From Perkinsus chesapeaki ATCC PRA-425 (lineage: Eukaryota > Protista > Perkinsozoa): DNA of 64,000 bases. Position 1 is the stretch's first letter. The number at the start of each line of letters is the position of its first letter. Shown here in pieces: positions 13,003 through 25,538 of the stretch. The notes below the pieces were generated by a model, which ran no database searches, was not told where the DNA came from, and saw nothing but the letters and a program-made list of their open reading frames with translations. The stretch is from assembly GCA_013115145.1 (NCBI GenBank), contig JAAPAO010000029.1, forward strand, positions 1 to 64,000, given 5' to 3'. A program made the position numbers and the translations under genes.

Positions 13003-13136
13003 ATTGTGGTGTCTCTCATTTCAACATTCATTACCTTTTAATTAGTATTTTCCTATCGCATTGGTGTTTGAGTATATCTTGTTGCACGTCTCCAGTTGAG
13101 GTTTTAAAGCTCAGTCTTGCGCTTTTATTTTAAAAC

Positions 13137-13725
13137 ATGCCTTACAATGAACTACAAGCTGATAACGACCTAAGGTGAGGCTGAGAACTCTCTGTCCATG
13201 GCATTGCTAATAACTATCGTGTGATGTTCATTAAAGTTTTTATCTTCAGTCGCCGGCAACTCATGCTTTTTACAGCCTTGGTGGTAAAGTGCGAGTTCAA
13301 GGCACCTGGGCAAGGCTGGGAAACGCGCATCCTGACCCGTGCCGGATGCCCAGCCAAGTGGCAGGCATACATCGTAAGTGGATCGGTCATTGCGATGAGC
13401 TCTTGATGCAGACTTTGCGTTGCGGAGTTGTCATTGATTAATTTTCCCCTTCAGATCGATCTCGCTCGTAAGCTAGAGTGCAAATGGAATCACGAAGGGC
13501 GCCCTGGGATGAACGACGACGTGGAGAGTGCTGTGGACGTATTCGTTGCGCAAGAGCTTTCCGACTCGACTTCTACGGCTGCCAGCTCCCATCCGTCGGC
13601 TGGGTCTTCGTATGAGCAGGTTTGTCATTGGGGCTGGTAGTGGCCTAGTGCAGGACAAAAGTGGTGACGAGAATGGTAGTGCTGATGATGATACGCTATC
13701 CCTGGCTGCTCTAGATATGTGGTAG
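13137..13725 (+). CDS. Small 4-exon hypothetical protein (~130 aa), intact member of a local family
   Basis: Splices to MPYNELQADNDLS|RRQLMLFTALVVKCEFKAPGQGWETRILTRAGCPAKWQAYI|IDLARKLECKWNHEGRPGMNDDVESAVDVFV...YEQ|DKSGDENG...LDMW* with GT-AG introns in consistent phase. Confidence 0.6.
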
Positions 13726-14035
13726 GGTTGTTGAGAGTCACTGCTTCCCACTAGTAACCTGTTGTACAATTAGTCTCACTAACTCACAGCTTTGTTGAGT
13801 TGCGTTGTGAGAGTTTCAGATTCCGTTTTCTTCAAGCCTGATAATCCTGGTTGAACAACAAGTGGATTCAGTTATCCAATACGCGGCTCTGGGGAAGCTC
13901 AGTTGGGACGCGGCTTATTTTCCTTATCCTCAGTGAAACTGGAGGCACCAGCAACCAGTGGTCGCTCGCGTTACCCCTACATGAGAGTTTGCGCGCATTG
14001 TCGTTCATTTCCAGTTCACTATCCTTTAGCTGGCA

Positions 14036-17000
14036 ATGTCAAGCCAGGAGTCTCCAGATGCCCCCATGGAAGACGTGCCCGTACAAGAAGTGTCTGTTGA
14101 CTCGGCAGATGTTATTCGGTTGATAATACAATTCTTGAAGGAAAACAACCTGAACCGCTCTATGCAGGTGATCGGTCTCGCCTTTACGTACCTTTTCGAT
14201 GCCGCGAATGTCTCTTTGACGATTCTATAAATGGTATGTAGCACGCTGTTGGAAAGTCAACGATATCAGAGTCCTACAATTTCGGCGTGCTCAACTTGAG
14301 ATAATTCGCGGAAAAATGTTACGGACCTTGTACCAGGGACCGTTCTACAGTTTCTCAGAGACTGTTCTTAACGAAACAGAGCACTCGCCTCAGTTTCATC
14401 ATCGCGCAATCGCGAGTTGTGATTCATAACTCTAACTGCTAAACTTTAACATTCAGTGAATGCCATTCGTAACTGCGTGGTTCGCTACTCATCTGTTAGA
14501 CCCTCCAAGAGGAATCCCAGATTTACCTCGATGCAGTGGAATCGATAGATGGATTTTGTGATGATATTACTCATGGCCGGTAGGCCCCTATCACCACAGG
14601 TTTAGAATGACCCTGGCACTCAGGTGGGATAAAGTTATACAGACGCTCGCTACCGTCCAACTACCGAAAGATCTGTTGCAGGACATTTACGAACAGGTGA
14701 GCTCCTGGCTCCACCTTGCGATTTGTTGGTATCTGTTACTTTCAAGGCGTTCCTCGAGTGTCTAGGAGCTGGAGAGAAGCAACTGTGCTCGCTGTTGTTG
14801 AAACATAGCGCACCACTGCAAAGCATGAAAGGGGATAACCTGAAGAATCTTACGTACCGCAGACTAGAATCCCTTCTGAGCAAGGTGAGTTTGAGATTAC
14901 AAGGCTATTTCTGTCGCGTTTGCAACGACCAGTTTTAGCCGTATATACCGGTAGAAAGCGAGTTATTCCAAGGAGAGGAGAGACCTGAATCGAGGCGCAA
15001 TAAACTTAGTAAGATATATCGAGTGGCAATTGTAAGACATTGACAATTACTTCCATTGTATCAGGCGAGCGAGCGCGTCCATTTGTGAGAGAAGCGGATG
15101 GCCAAAGGCTCCTAACCCTCCTTAACCAGGCTCTAAAATACCAGCAGAATGCGAACCTCCTTCCGCCTGGTAAGTACGGGAGGAGCGGCTCTGTACTGAC
15201 TGATTGAAGGCTGCTAGAGTGTGGTCATATATATAGCTTCTATGTTACTAATTCAGGTGAAAAGATTGATATATTCAGAGGGACGACTGCACCGAAGTCC
15301 AGAAACACGGAAGGTACGAGAAGGACTGAGCTTTTGCTAAGTGCTCTTCAAATACATCACTCCGTACCTAGTGAAGCTGAGTCAGCTTCGGTTCTCCTGA
15401 CTGGATAATCACACTCGATTTCTCTTCGTCATTTAGTCCAAGACTATGTTGTTCCGGAGGAACCACCGACACACGTATCAAAGACTCTGAAGTTTGGCAA
15501 AGGCGCTCACCCAGAGTCTGTCACCTTCTCTCCCTCGGGGCAGTAAGTATGGGAGGGGATTCCATGCGTGCTCATTGTTACAGTCTGGTTCATAGCCATT
15601 TATGGTACGCCACTTGGCGATTGATGCGAGTTTAGCATATCTAAATCTAGGAGGGAATATATGAGATATTACTTTCAGATTTCTCGTCACAGGGGCTGCG
15701 GATGGTCTTATTGAAGTGTGGAACCACAGAACAGGGAAGCGGAATAAAGAAGACCTGCCTTACCAGGCGAAGAAGGAGTAAACCAACCCCATTATACTGC
15801 TGCTGCGATAAATGTTCACATAGGTTTATGTGCCACCCTGATGGCTCGAAGGTGCTGAGTCTCGCGTTTAGCCATGACAGCAACATGCTGGCGTCTGGTG
15901 ATGAGAAGGGCACCGCCAGGGTATGGGATATCCACACCGGGCAGATAACCCGTAAGCATCGAGGCTGTTACTTTGAAGTCTAACGTCATTCAGAGACTTG
16001 AACGAGTGCAATCGATAGCAAGTGGCCTCATAGTGTTACTGTTCTCAGGTGAATTCAAAAGCGTACATTCGGATGGTATAACTTGTATGGAATTCAGTAG
16101 GGACAATCAGAAAATACTCACTGGTAGTGAATGGGATTGAGGCTTCCCGATATAGTAGTATTTGCGACGGCTGACGAGAATTCAGTAATCTTTTGACCTG
16201 GAATGTCTTCTGCGGAGGAGGTCACATGTTTTGACTATGCTCCTCAACGCGGCAACATAGGCTTATGAATATGGCGATTGTTAGAACTACCAGGCTGCTC
16301 CCCTCAGGTTCGCTGGATTACACGTGTCGACTGCACGGAATGCACTCTGGTCGAACATTGAAAGATTTCCGTGGACATAAAAGCTATGTTAATTCAGTGG
16401 GCTTTGCTGATGGTTCTGGACACCAGCGACTGGTAGGCATAGTTCATTGTTGATTCTTGCTCGTAGCTCAAATGAAGCTACTGAATTGTTTCCTGTATCA
16501 TGAAGAGAGATTCTCCTGTATTGCTGAAAATACGGCGTTATGTGATAGTATCGTTCCAAATTGGAACTTCCGATGAAAAAATTGGGCTAAGTCGGGGAAC
16601 TAAAATGATAGTTCAGCTTAGGCTAAGTCGATGAGCTGAACGAGAGCGAGGACTGTTCGGCAAACAGTTTTTGCCGAAGAAAGACTTTTGATAGTGGTCG
16701 CTACGACGAGGTCGTATTCTTCCTCTCAGGTAGTCAGTGGATGTGCTGACGGATTCGTGAGAGTTTTCGACTTGCGATCCAGCGAAATCCTCCATAAGTT
16801 TTCGCCTCCTCCGCCTTCGTACCAGAACGAGAATATCACTCTGGATGTAAGCGAGAACTGCCCACCAGAGATTCTCATGATTCTCGTGTCGCCGTCATGA
16901 ATAACTGCGACCGTCTTATCCCCTCAGGTTCGTGGCATTGTCGTGGTACCAGGCAAAACCAAGGAAGACACGCTTTTGATCTGCCAGCAATCAAGCACTG

Positions 17001-17954
17001 TGCATCACATGAGCGTTTCCGGGCAAGTTCTCAAATCCTACGAGTCAGGTACTGCAGAGGTTGACCCTGAAAGCCTGGGCATCAGATGCTGCAATCATTG
17101 GACTACTTTGCCAGGAGAATAATCAGCATATTTCGATTTTCTTGAAGAAAATTTCTCCACCCAAGCACCTGGTTTCAATCGAGAATCCATTCATTCCTCT
17201 AAGAAATTCACAAAGTATAGGCGCACGTCCACGTGAGACAATCCTTCCACCCGCGATTCGTAGAATGCGCATCGTATTTAGGTAGCTTTGTTGACCATTT
17301 ACATTTTATTAACTCACGATTAGGACACACAATGTTACTAGTGATGCATAGTCAATGACTACATTCCAGTCATTTGGAATCTTGCTTGTAGTGACATTCA
17401 GTTTTTTCATCTGGGCCTCGTTCGCTCCTGACCTCCTTGTAGTTCCATTTATGCTTCAGGTAAACGTGGTAACAAGGGTGATTTCCTGGCACTCTGCACC
17501 TCCCACGGAGGCAGATGGATTTATGCTGCAGCGGAGGACCGTACAATGTAGCTTATCGGCGTGGGTTGAATTTACTCATTCCGGAGTTCTGGCTTGCTCC
17601 AAACCGCCCGAGCTTTTCTTCGAAAAATCATCGAGTCAAGGCAGAATCGCTTTTCTCCCGCTCATTACAATAATTCATAGTATCTCTCAGTGAATTGAAC
17701 CTGCTCTCATAAACTGAATATCTCAACCCCGCGGGTGAGAACACTCCAGGATGTATTATCTGCGGTCCGCAGACTGCATATTCGGCTATTGATTCGTGCA
17801 TCTTAGATACTGTTTCGACACAACCACCGGAGAGCTTGAAAACATCGTTCCTTACACCCATAGTGGAGAAGCGACGGGTATATCGCATCATCCGAATCGC
17901 AATATCATAGCTGTTGCAACATCACAAGAAGGTGTTCATATATTGAGACCGTGA
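14036..17954 (+). CDS. SMU1: WD40 repeat-containing spliceosomal protein SMU1 (LisH/CTLH + WD40), multi-exon
   Basis: VDSADVIRLIIQFLKENNLNRSMQ, LLTLLNQALKYQQ, LKFGKGAHPES, ADGLIEVWN..GKRNKEDLPYQA, GMHSGRTLKDFRGHKSYVN, HHPNRNIIAV; stop TGA 17952-17954. Confidence 0.92.
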
Positions 17955-18489
17955 AGGATATTATACGTTTCTAAGATTCCTTGTTCGGTTACAAATACAC
18001 TAAAGGGTCCATTACCCGAGACTGTCAGGGATGCGGTTTGCTTTCTCTTCTCCTAGTGGATAATCGCTTGGTCGATCGCCGTTACTGAAAAACTCTCCAG
18101 ACTTCTCCGAAAAAATAATGGGCTGACGCAATGTATGGTACATCATGTATGTTCCGATTCGGAACTTCCGAGTATTACATCCTGCAGCAGGGTTGAACAC
18201 CGAGGGTTCTTGCTTCCATTCAGTGGAATCCATCGTACAGCTGCTGCACAGTCTAATGGCGCAGATAGTTGCTGATAGACTGATGACATCACTAGTGCCA
18301 TCAGCCTGTCCCAGGCTGTACGACAGTGCCATAGTACGATTATCGTACTATGGCACTGTCATACAGCCATCAGTGTATCGTTCTACGATACAACCTGGAC
18401 TATCTTAAACTTTGACTCGGAAGTCTTTCAGTATCTGAAGGTTATATTCAGCCCTCCCGCTCTAGGCGTTTTCATAGCTAGTCATTTCA

Positions 18490-18728
18490 TGCTTCTCGTC
18501 AAGTCTGCCCTCACTGCCCCTGCGTGAGGATGGGAATCACGAGTCTTGAGGTCAGTTCAGAATATAGGTCACTTCATATAGCCGGATGTCCAGCCAAGTG
18601 GCAGACTTACATCGTAGGAACGGGGGAGTCGGCGGAGAGTCTTGCACCTATCTAATGTCAGATCGATCTCGCTTCGTTGTCATCGAGCCGCCAGAGAGAC
18701 TCGATTGACGAAGATCCATGGACAGCAT
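18490..18728 (+). pseudogene. Decayed paralog of the 13137-13725 gene
   Basis: LLVKSALTAPA*GWESRVL..GCPAKWQTYI|IDLA; in-frame TGA and a truncated 3' part. Confidence 0.6.
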
Positions 18729-18764
18729 AAACATCACTTAGCTCGGGACTCCCGAGTCGGGAGC

Positions 18765-19260
18765 TAATGAAATTGTTAATAAAAGTGACTTAAAAGTAAT
18801 TGATGGAAATGGAAAAAATAAATTATTAGAGTTACCGGCAGCTGAGAGCTGGTTAAAGAAAATTGTATCTTTGGAAGCGAAAGGGATTGATGTTGTTGCT
18901 TCATTGAATTGGCTTTCAAAAGTTGAAATATCAACTCTACATGAATCAGATATTTAAGTCGAATGATCCGGATTCCACTCTTCAGTCTTAGGTATTAGAT
19001 TCTGGTGGTCTGCCAGCTGGAATAGTTAGTAATATGCCAAGGTCTAATGTTTTTCCCCTATATACTCCTAAGTTAAATGAGATTCGTCAACATCAACCAG
19101 AGCAAATTGTTGAAGCATTTGATTCACATTATCGTAGTGTAGATGATGCTGGTCCTAGATTATGGGAAATAGTACAACGAGATATTCGTCTTGGGCATAT
19201 GCGTGATGTTACAAATGATATGGATCGTTGTACTTTTGATCATTACAAGCGTGATATCAT
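18765..19260 (+). mobile_element. Decayed intronless retroelement fragment (DIRS/Ngaro-like region preceding RT)
   Basis: Interrupted frame ..LKKIVSLEAKG..; GLPAGIVSNMPRSNVFP and HYRSVDDAGPRLWEIVQRDIRLGHM resemble the G.P.GI..IP.S..FP and NY.S....V..E...G segments preceding RT in YR retrotransposons (recalled pattern, not searched). Confidence 0.4.
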
Positions 19261-19679
19261 CATGATAGGTGTGTCAGGGCTTATATCAAAGTCTCTCCCG
19301 AAGGTGCTATCTGATGCCTTATTGTCGGGTGTTGACTTATTAAGATGTCGGCGTGTGGCCAGTATTAGTACTATCCACATTGTTAGACGTGTGTCAGTGG
19401 GCCCTCCTGTGGGTATATAATAAATGGTCATAAGGGTCATGCTGTTTGCTGTTGCCACATTATTGATCTGAAAGTTGATAGAATTTATTTCTATTTGCTT
19501 TCATACCAGCTCAGGCTGTGCGTCCGACATAATTCTGCTAATTTTATCGCAGCTGGCAATTTATAGTCTCAGACTAGAACTCCACTTTCAACCAAGCCTT
19601 ATGCACCAATGTGCTTCGTCCAACGATGGCCAAAGTCAGGAGGGCGGAAATAAGGTGGGTTGGAAGTTCTAGAAAATTC

Positions 19680-19723
19680 TCAATTTGCAAGTTGCAAGTT
19701 CCAACTTGCAACTTGCAAATTGA
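19680..19723. repeat. Perfect inverted repeat, 21-bp arms with 2-nt spacer
   Basis: tcaatttgcaagttgcaagtt-cc-aacttgcaacttgcaaattga. Confidence 0.9.
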
Positions 19724-19877
19724 ATTAGTAAGTTGCAACTTGTAATCTGACTGTGAGCCACGGCCTGTGTCATGAGCCATTTAGTTCTTGCAGAGCCGCT
19801 CTTACAGCGATAAGAGTATCGCTCAATTAGATGAAGCTGAGTATACGGTATACCCTATAGGATACCTCTTTCCTTAA

Positions 19878-20323
19878 GTCACCGGCAACTCGTGCTTTTT
19901 ACAGCGCTGGTGGTCAAGTGTGAAGTGCGAGCAGAGAGGACCTGCGCAAGGATAGGAAGCATGCATCTTAAACTGTCCTGGAATCCAGTAACTGGATGTC
20001 CAGTCAGGTGGCAGACTTACATCGTAAGTGGGTGTCATTTGCAGCCTGTCACTGACAAGCTGTAAGTTGCAGGAGCTGGCTCATACCCTTCATCGATTCT
20101 TGGAAATCCGGACTTTCTGAAAGTCCTGTTTTCGAATTTTTCCTTCAGATCAACCTCACTGGAAATGAAGACTCTCAATTTGAGAGTCCGAATGGAGTTT
20201 GACGGACGCCTTGGGCCGCAGGACGATGTTGAGAAAGTTGTGGATTGGTTGATTGCTACGGAGCTTATGATGGACGAACCGGATTGCGCAGTGACTGCTC
20301 AGCAGTCCCTCTTGCGTTTGTAG
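19878..20323 (+). pseudogene. Second diverged/frameshifted paralog of the 13137-13725 gene
   Basis: HRQLVLFTALVVKCEV...TGCPVRWQTYI| and downstream GRLGPQDDVEKVVDWLIATEL, which aligns to GRPGMNDDVESAVDVFVAQEL but is out of frame. Confidence 0.55.
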
Positions 20324-20982
20324 TGTCAATAGCGAAAATTTGTTATCCTACAAGTTGTAATCTACAACCTTCGCGGTACGTATGATGCATACGTATTGAT
20401 CATATGTATGGATTACCCGTAGTCAAAGTGGTTCTATGATATCAATTGGGCGAGTGTGGACGATGATGACTCAGCATTGCTGAGCCGGCATTGCCGACGG
20501 TATCATGGCGAGTGGGTACTGGCATGTCGCGTCCGACGCGACGCGTCGGCACTGGACGTCTGTTCAGAAAACTAAAGTGGTCCTTCCAGTCCAATTCAAT
20601 CCCATGCCGATACATCATTCAGCCCAAGAGCAGCTCGTATTCATCTTTAGTCAAGCATCATGCAGAATGTCAGCTCCAGAACTTCGCTGGGATGGAGAAC
20701 AAGGCCAAGCAATACCCGTGAAAGTAAAGCTATTAGCGCACTCCACCCTGGCGAAAAAGATAACGCAGACGTACCGCTGACATCCTTTCCTTTTTCCTGA
20801 ATCTCTCACTTTTCTCGTTGACTCATAAACTTCGAGCTACGCATTTAGCAGTCATGGTTGAGTTGCTCCATACATGTATCTAATATCGGTCTTCCAAATC
20901 CGCACAGACGAATTATTTCTTTCCGAAAAGTTTTCAACAAGAAATCTCCGAAACAATTCACCAGACAACAATCAAACAATTG

Positions 20983-21010
20983 AAAAAACGTGCCTGGGGA
21001 TCGAATCTCG
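20983..21010 (-). other. Degenerate tRNA 3'-end-like fragment with T6 run
   Basis: Reverse complement CGAGA-TTCGATC-CCCAG-GCACG-TTTTTT. Confidence 0.4.
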
Positions 21011-21659
21011 GGCTTTTCAAGTTTAAACATAAACCGTACCAGAAGCGGGATTCAAGGGCAAGGCTAGAAAAATGTATGTCTCAGGCATGCATTTTCCGAG
21101 CGAAAATAATGCAGGTGCCTTTTTTAAGCGCGGAAAAGGGATTTTGGTCATCCTTGGTGAAAACCGCCTGCCGCAGCCTGGCTGCCGGCCAGGTTACTTG
21201 CCGTGGCACGGCAAGTAACCTGTCTGCCAAGCCGCTGGGAGGATCCCCGGAGGAATTTAAACTGTGATAACGCAGCGCGTCCGTATCGAATCGATACTAC
21301 CAATTTGCCGGGGAAATTCCCCCCGCTCCAGTCCTAATTATCACGACCCCTACAGTGGGGGCCCTACTGTGTAGACTAGGTCCATAGCGCCGTAGGTCGT
21401 TCACCGACTGTCGACGATAGTCCATCAGTCTTTGTAAATATTGACAGCATTCTCGGTCATGAAACAACGACAGGCCGGCGTCAATGACCGCCGTCATCAA
21501 CGACAGCGACATCACAAGCAGGAACAACAACAGCATGCAAACTTTGCATTGCAAAGTTCTTGGCTTGGAAAAATTTTTTAGATTGTTGTTTTTTTCATGT
21601 TTAATTATTTCTTCAAAACTTCCCGACAAGAAAATTTCTTGTCGGAATATTTAATATTT

Positions 21660-23450
21660 ATGCAGACCAACACATTTGGGAAACCCTGATCCTAAGATAT
21701 AACCTACAAGCCTTCTACTTCAGAGGCCATGGCAATTAGTACGAGACATCATGCTTTCTTCACTGAGAGAGTTGGTTGAGCGTAAACCAGAGGCAGAGAT
21801 CCTGGTAATTGGCTTGGACTACGATAAACCAGACGAGGTCAGAATTCGCTGGCCAATCTAGCCTGGCTTTGAGCCAGTGGCTTATGCACTTTCTGTATTT
21901 CGTTCATGCTACCAGACTTTCTCAGGTGGTCATTCTCAATAGAGTGGCACCGATCGACCCTCAAATGGTTAATATTCGGGCTCAAGCCTTTGACCGGTGG
22001 GTGAACTTGTCGAGCGAAGAATATCAAAGGAAAAGGATAAGAGGTAATAGCTCAGCTGAGGCAGCACGCAAGGCTTCAAGTAAGGTTGACGTCAGGCTCG
22101 ATATCGACTTTTCTGTGGGTTGAGGCCCCGAAAGCCACAGTTTCAGTCTGTCTAGAGAGTGGTAGGAGAACGAAGTCAAAAATGAGACTAATCAAGAATG
22201 CTCTCGGGCAATCGATGGTACGGCGGCCGCACCGCGTCGGGCGGGCGGGATATTAGTGAGACGCCTCGAAAGTTACCTTCGTCACGAAGGCTTCGTGTTT
22301 GTCTGGCCCAGACAAACAGACGGTCTGGGCGACCTTCACCTCTCCGGGACTCGGAGTCCGGGTAAAGAGCTTCAACTAGAGACCTTCAAGATTCACCGCT
22401 TCATATAGGTTTTTCTCTCGCACATATTCTCACCGCAGGTTTCTCTTCGTTGGATTTTTCTCGGAGATGAGCTCGCATCTGTAGCGAATGAGGGAAGCAG
22501 CCCTGAATTTGAGACGCACTTGCCACTGAACGAGCAACTTTTGACGCTCCTGCTCCGCGAGCTCTATCTCACTCCGAAGGTGGCGACCACTCTCACTCTA
22601 CCTGATGAAACTATCGCCATGAGCATATCGCCATTAGGGATGCCTCCTCACACTCCCGTGTACAATTATTATGATGCAATCCTTTTGACGGTCGTGAGTC
22701 GAGTGAAGAAGACATCTATCTCTGGGGCACTAGAATATGGTTACCCAATGCTTGCGCGTAGCTCTGGTCTCAATTTCCATATGCTTTGTCATCTGCTGAC
22801 TGAGAGTGATGAGTGCATCACAATGGTCATAGCGGACACGGCCTCTCAAACAAGAACAAGTTCATTGTTGGCATGCCTTGGATACGACATGGAGCTGACG
22901 CCCCGATTTATAGGCCGACCATCACCGGAAGGGATGGTCATCAAAGGTTTACTGGACTATAGGACAATATCTGCCCCGCTAATGTCTGGAGAAGGTCCTT
23001 TTATTGCCGGTGACGCCCCTGCTGATCACAGTACAGTGCGGGTCGCTAATATAGCTCACGACCCTTTGGCAACGGAGACCATTTTCGGAACGCTCGGAAG
23101 CTTTCCCGGGCATCCTCACTGAGCAAGGCGACTGCTGGCTGTATCATGTACGCCATGTATAAAAATACGCGTTCCTCGTCCAGGACGAGCATTTCATGTT
23201 TAATAGTCTCTGTTTGTCGTAACAAAGTTTCTTTCCGGTTCACTATGGTGGGCGGGATTACATAGCCAAGATCAGAGTTCTCAAATCTCAGTGTGGCTGG
23301 ACGTTTCCCAAGCATGCTGCGCGGATCAACTCCGTTGAACGATTTCTTGCAAGCTGTACACCAAGAACATCACGCCACATATTGGTCATTCTACCGAGTC
23401 TCAAGTTATGAGAGCAAACTGCGTCGTATCTTTAGCTTGCGAATCAGCAC
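21660..23450 (+). pseudogene. Decayed long intronless reading frame of unknown (TE or viral?) origin
   Basis: The frame of ORF 22520-23122 continues upstream to ~22180 through one TAG (~22407). Flanking segments read protein-like with scattered stops and frameshifts; no splice structure seen. Confidence 0.4.
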
Positions 23451-24374
23451 ACAGGGATGCTCTAGGCAATACGAGTGACACTAATATTCAAGGCTGTTGG
23501 TAACACCTCTAGACATGATAGGAAACTGCACAGCGTATTTCAAATAGATCATCCAGGTCCGCAGAAGAGACTACTATCTCGAGTTGCAACTTGCAAACAA
23601 GGTAGTCCTGGACTACTAGTCCAGACTTGCAAGGGTCGAGGGACATGCCCCGACGGAGTATGTCCCTCGGCACAAGGAAACAGACTCGGCTGTATCTTTG
23701 CGTACCTTTGTTGATTACTCAACTTCTCTCCGGTGAGTGCTCAGCTCCGTGATCCTCTTCTAGGCCCATGAGCTACTGAGCCTAACTTAGGCAGGCTATA
23801 GTCTGCATCTTGACGAGTTCACTCGAAAAGAGAGAATCCTCGGGGTTTTGCTGGCACCCTCCGTGCGCGGGTCTTCATCGCTGGTCCAGTCTCTGGCTCT
23901 CATGGGGTTCATTCTTGTTGCATTTTGATTGATGAATCATCACTCCGGTCGAACTATTAGCGCCGTCCCACGAGCAGCCTCTCAAACAGGAGTAAACAAG
24001 CCACAAAAAGCTACATTATTTCAAAGGACCAGCTCTTGAGGGTTGTGATCAAAACTCTATCGCCGTCCACTGTGGCGCCTCCACAGAGTGTGGTAGGACG
24101 TTGCTCTTGGTGAGATGTTACTTTCTCTTACGCTCCATTGCTTGCCTCACCTCGTAGCTGCATTGTCTGTCTGCTCAGTATGAAGCCTTTGAGCTATTGT
24201 TACTAACAATTTGTTAGACTAGTCGGCCATCGTCTACCGATAGTACCAATCGACGTTTCGATCACGACTCCCCCCACAAGGGCCGAGCCCTGTAATTTAA
24301 CGGCGCTGGATTTTACCAATTGCAAGCACTTCTGTGTGCAAGCAACCTAGACTCTTTCAACTAAGAAGATTGCT

Positions 24375-25538
24375 ATGCCCGTGAAGACGAGCAGAAGATC
24401 GCAGCAGGGCCGCTCTCCACCATCATTTCTGAGGACTGCTCTATATGTTTATGGAATTGTGCTCTTACCAGTTCTACCAACTGTGAACGGGCAGGTGGTT
24501 GAAGTTCCCGTCGAGTTGAAAACGATCCCTGGCGGTGACTTATTCTTGTACAGCCATCTCACTAATGGTGGCAAGGACCTTTTGTCGGTGGTGGATACTG
24601 ATTCTCCTGTTTCCTATTTTGTATGGAAGACCTGGTATGAAAGTGCAACCAAGGTTGGTGGGTGTGGCAAGTTCCCTCTTGGCTGTTATGAATGCAAGGC
24701 GCCGTGCGATCCTAAGACCAAGGAGACTTATGTTGCAACATTTCTTGGTGGGATAAAGTTTACTGTCTTTAGACACACTGATAGTAACATAAAATTAGGA
24801 TCCACCGACGTTGGTAACTTGGATTTTGGCGTGATTATCGGTCAGGATCCTCCTCCGAGTAAGAGCCCACCATTCAACCTCTTGGGCTTAGGTCGTCAGA
24901 AAGGTGTTACATTCGCCGCTTCGCTGTTAGACCAGCTAACGCGTAAGTCTCCTAAGCTGGCTGATAGAGATATCTTCGCCATTTATGTCAATCAAAGACA
25001 AAGCGCTTCAGAGGTGTACAATGGAAAGCTCCTACTTGGTCGTGGTGATTCAAGCCGCTACAAGCAGCTACGCTATGTGAAGTTTACACAGGCAGATAAG
25101 TATACGGTCCCGTTGGTCGCCATGCGAGTGGGAAAGCAACAATCTCGTGCGGGTTCGAGGCAGGAGATATTGATCGATAGTGGTAGCAATGCCTTCTTCA
25201 TACCATCAGCCTCTTTCGATAGTATTCTTCGCGATATCTCTACCGAAGTTGGCCAGAAATTGACATATGACTCTGGAGCGGGCACCTGGACTATCCCATG
25301 TGTGTATCGTACCGCTATGCCGACACTAATCTTCAATATGGGCCCTAGGGGAGAAGTCCCTTTAACCGTCCGAGGCACAAGCTATGTGCGTCCTAGAGGT
25401 GGAGGTCAAGTGTGTGACGTTGAGCTCGTGAAGATGGAAACCCCGTTCTGGATTCTGCCTGCCCAGGCGTTCATTGGGTATTACTTCGAATTCCAGCTGA
25501 AGGAGGGCCGCGTTGGTATTGGTGAAGGAGTTAGCTGA
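24375..25538 (+). CDS. Pepsin-like (A1) aspartyl protease family protein, single exon, predicted secreted
   Basis: 387-aa ORF; hydrophobic leader (ALYVYGIVLLPVLPTVNG); VDTDS and IDSGS motifs, NLLGLG, IPC..MPTLIF, RVGIG C-terminus. Confidence 0.88.
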   Translation: MPVKTSRRSQQGRSPPSFLRTALYVYGIVLLPVLPTVNGQVVEVPVELKTIPGGDLFLYSHLTNGGKDLLSVVDTDSPVSYFVWKTWYESATKVGGCGKFPLGCYECKAPCDPKTKETYVATFLGGIKFTVFRHTDSNIKLGSTDVGNLDFGVIIGQDPPPSKSPPFNLLGLGRQKGVTFAASLLDQLTRKSPKLADRDIFAIYVNQRQSASEVYNGKLLLGRGDSSRYKQLRYVKFTQADKYTVPLVAMRVGKQQSRAGSRQEILIDSGSNAFFIPSASFDSILRDISTEVGQKLTYDSGAGTWTIPCVYRTAMPTLIFNMGPRGEVPLTVRGTSYVRPRGGGQVCDVELVKMETPFWILPAQAFIGYYFEFQLKEGRVGIGEGVS

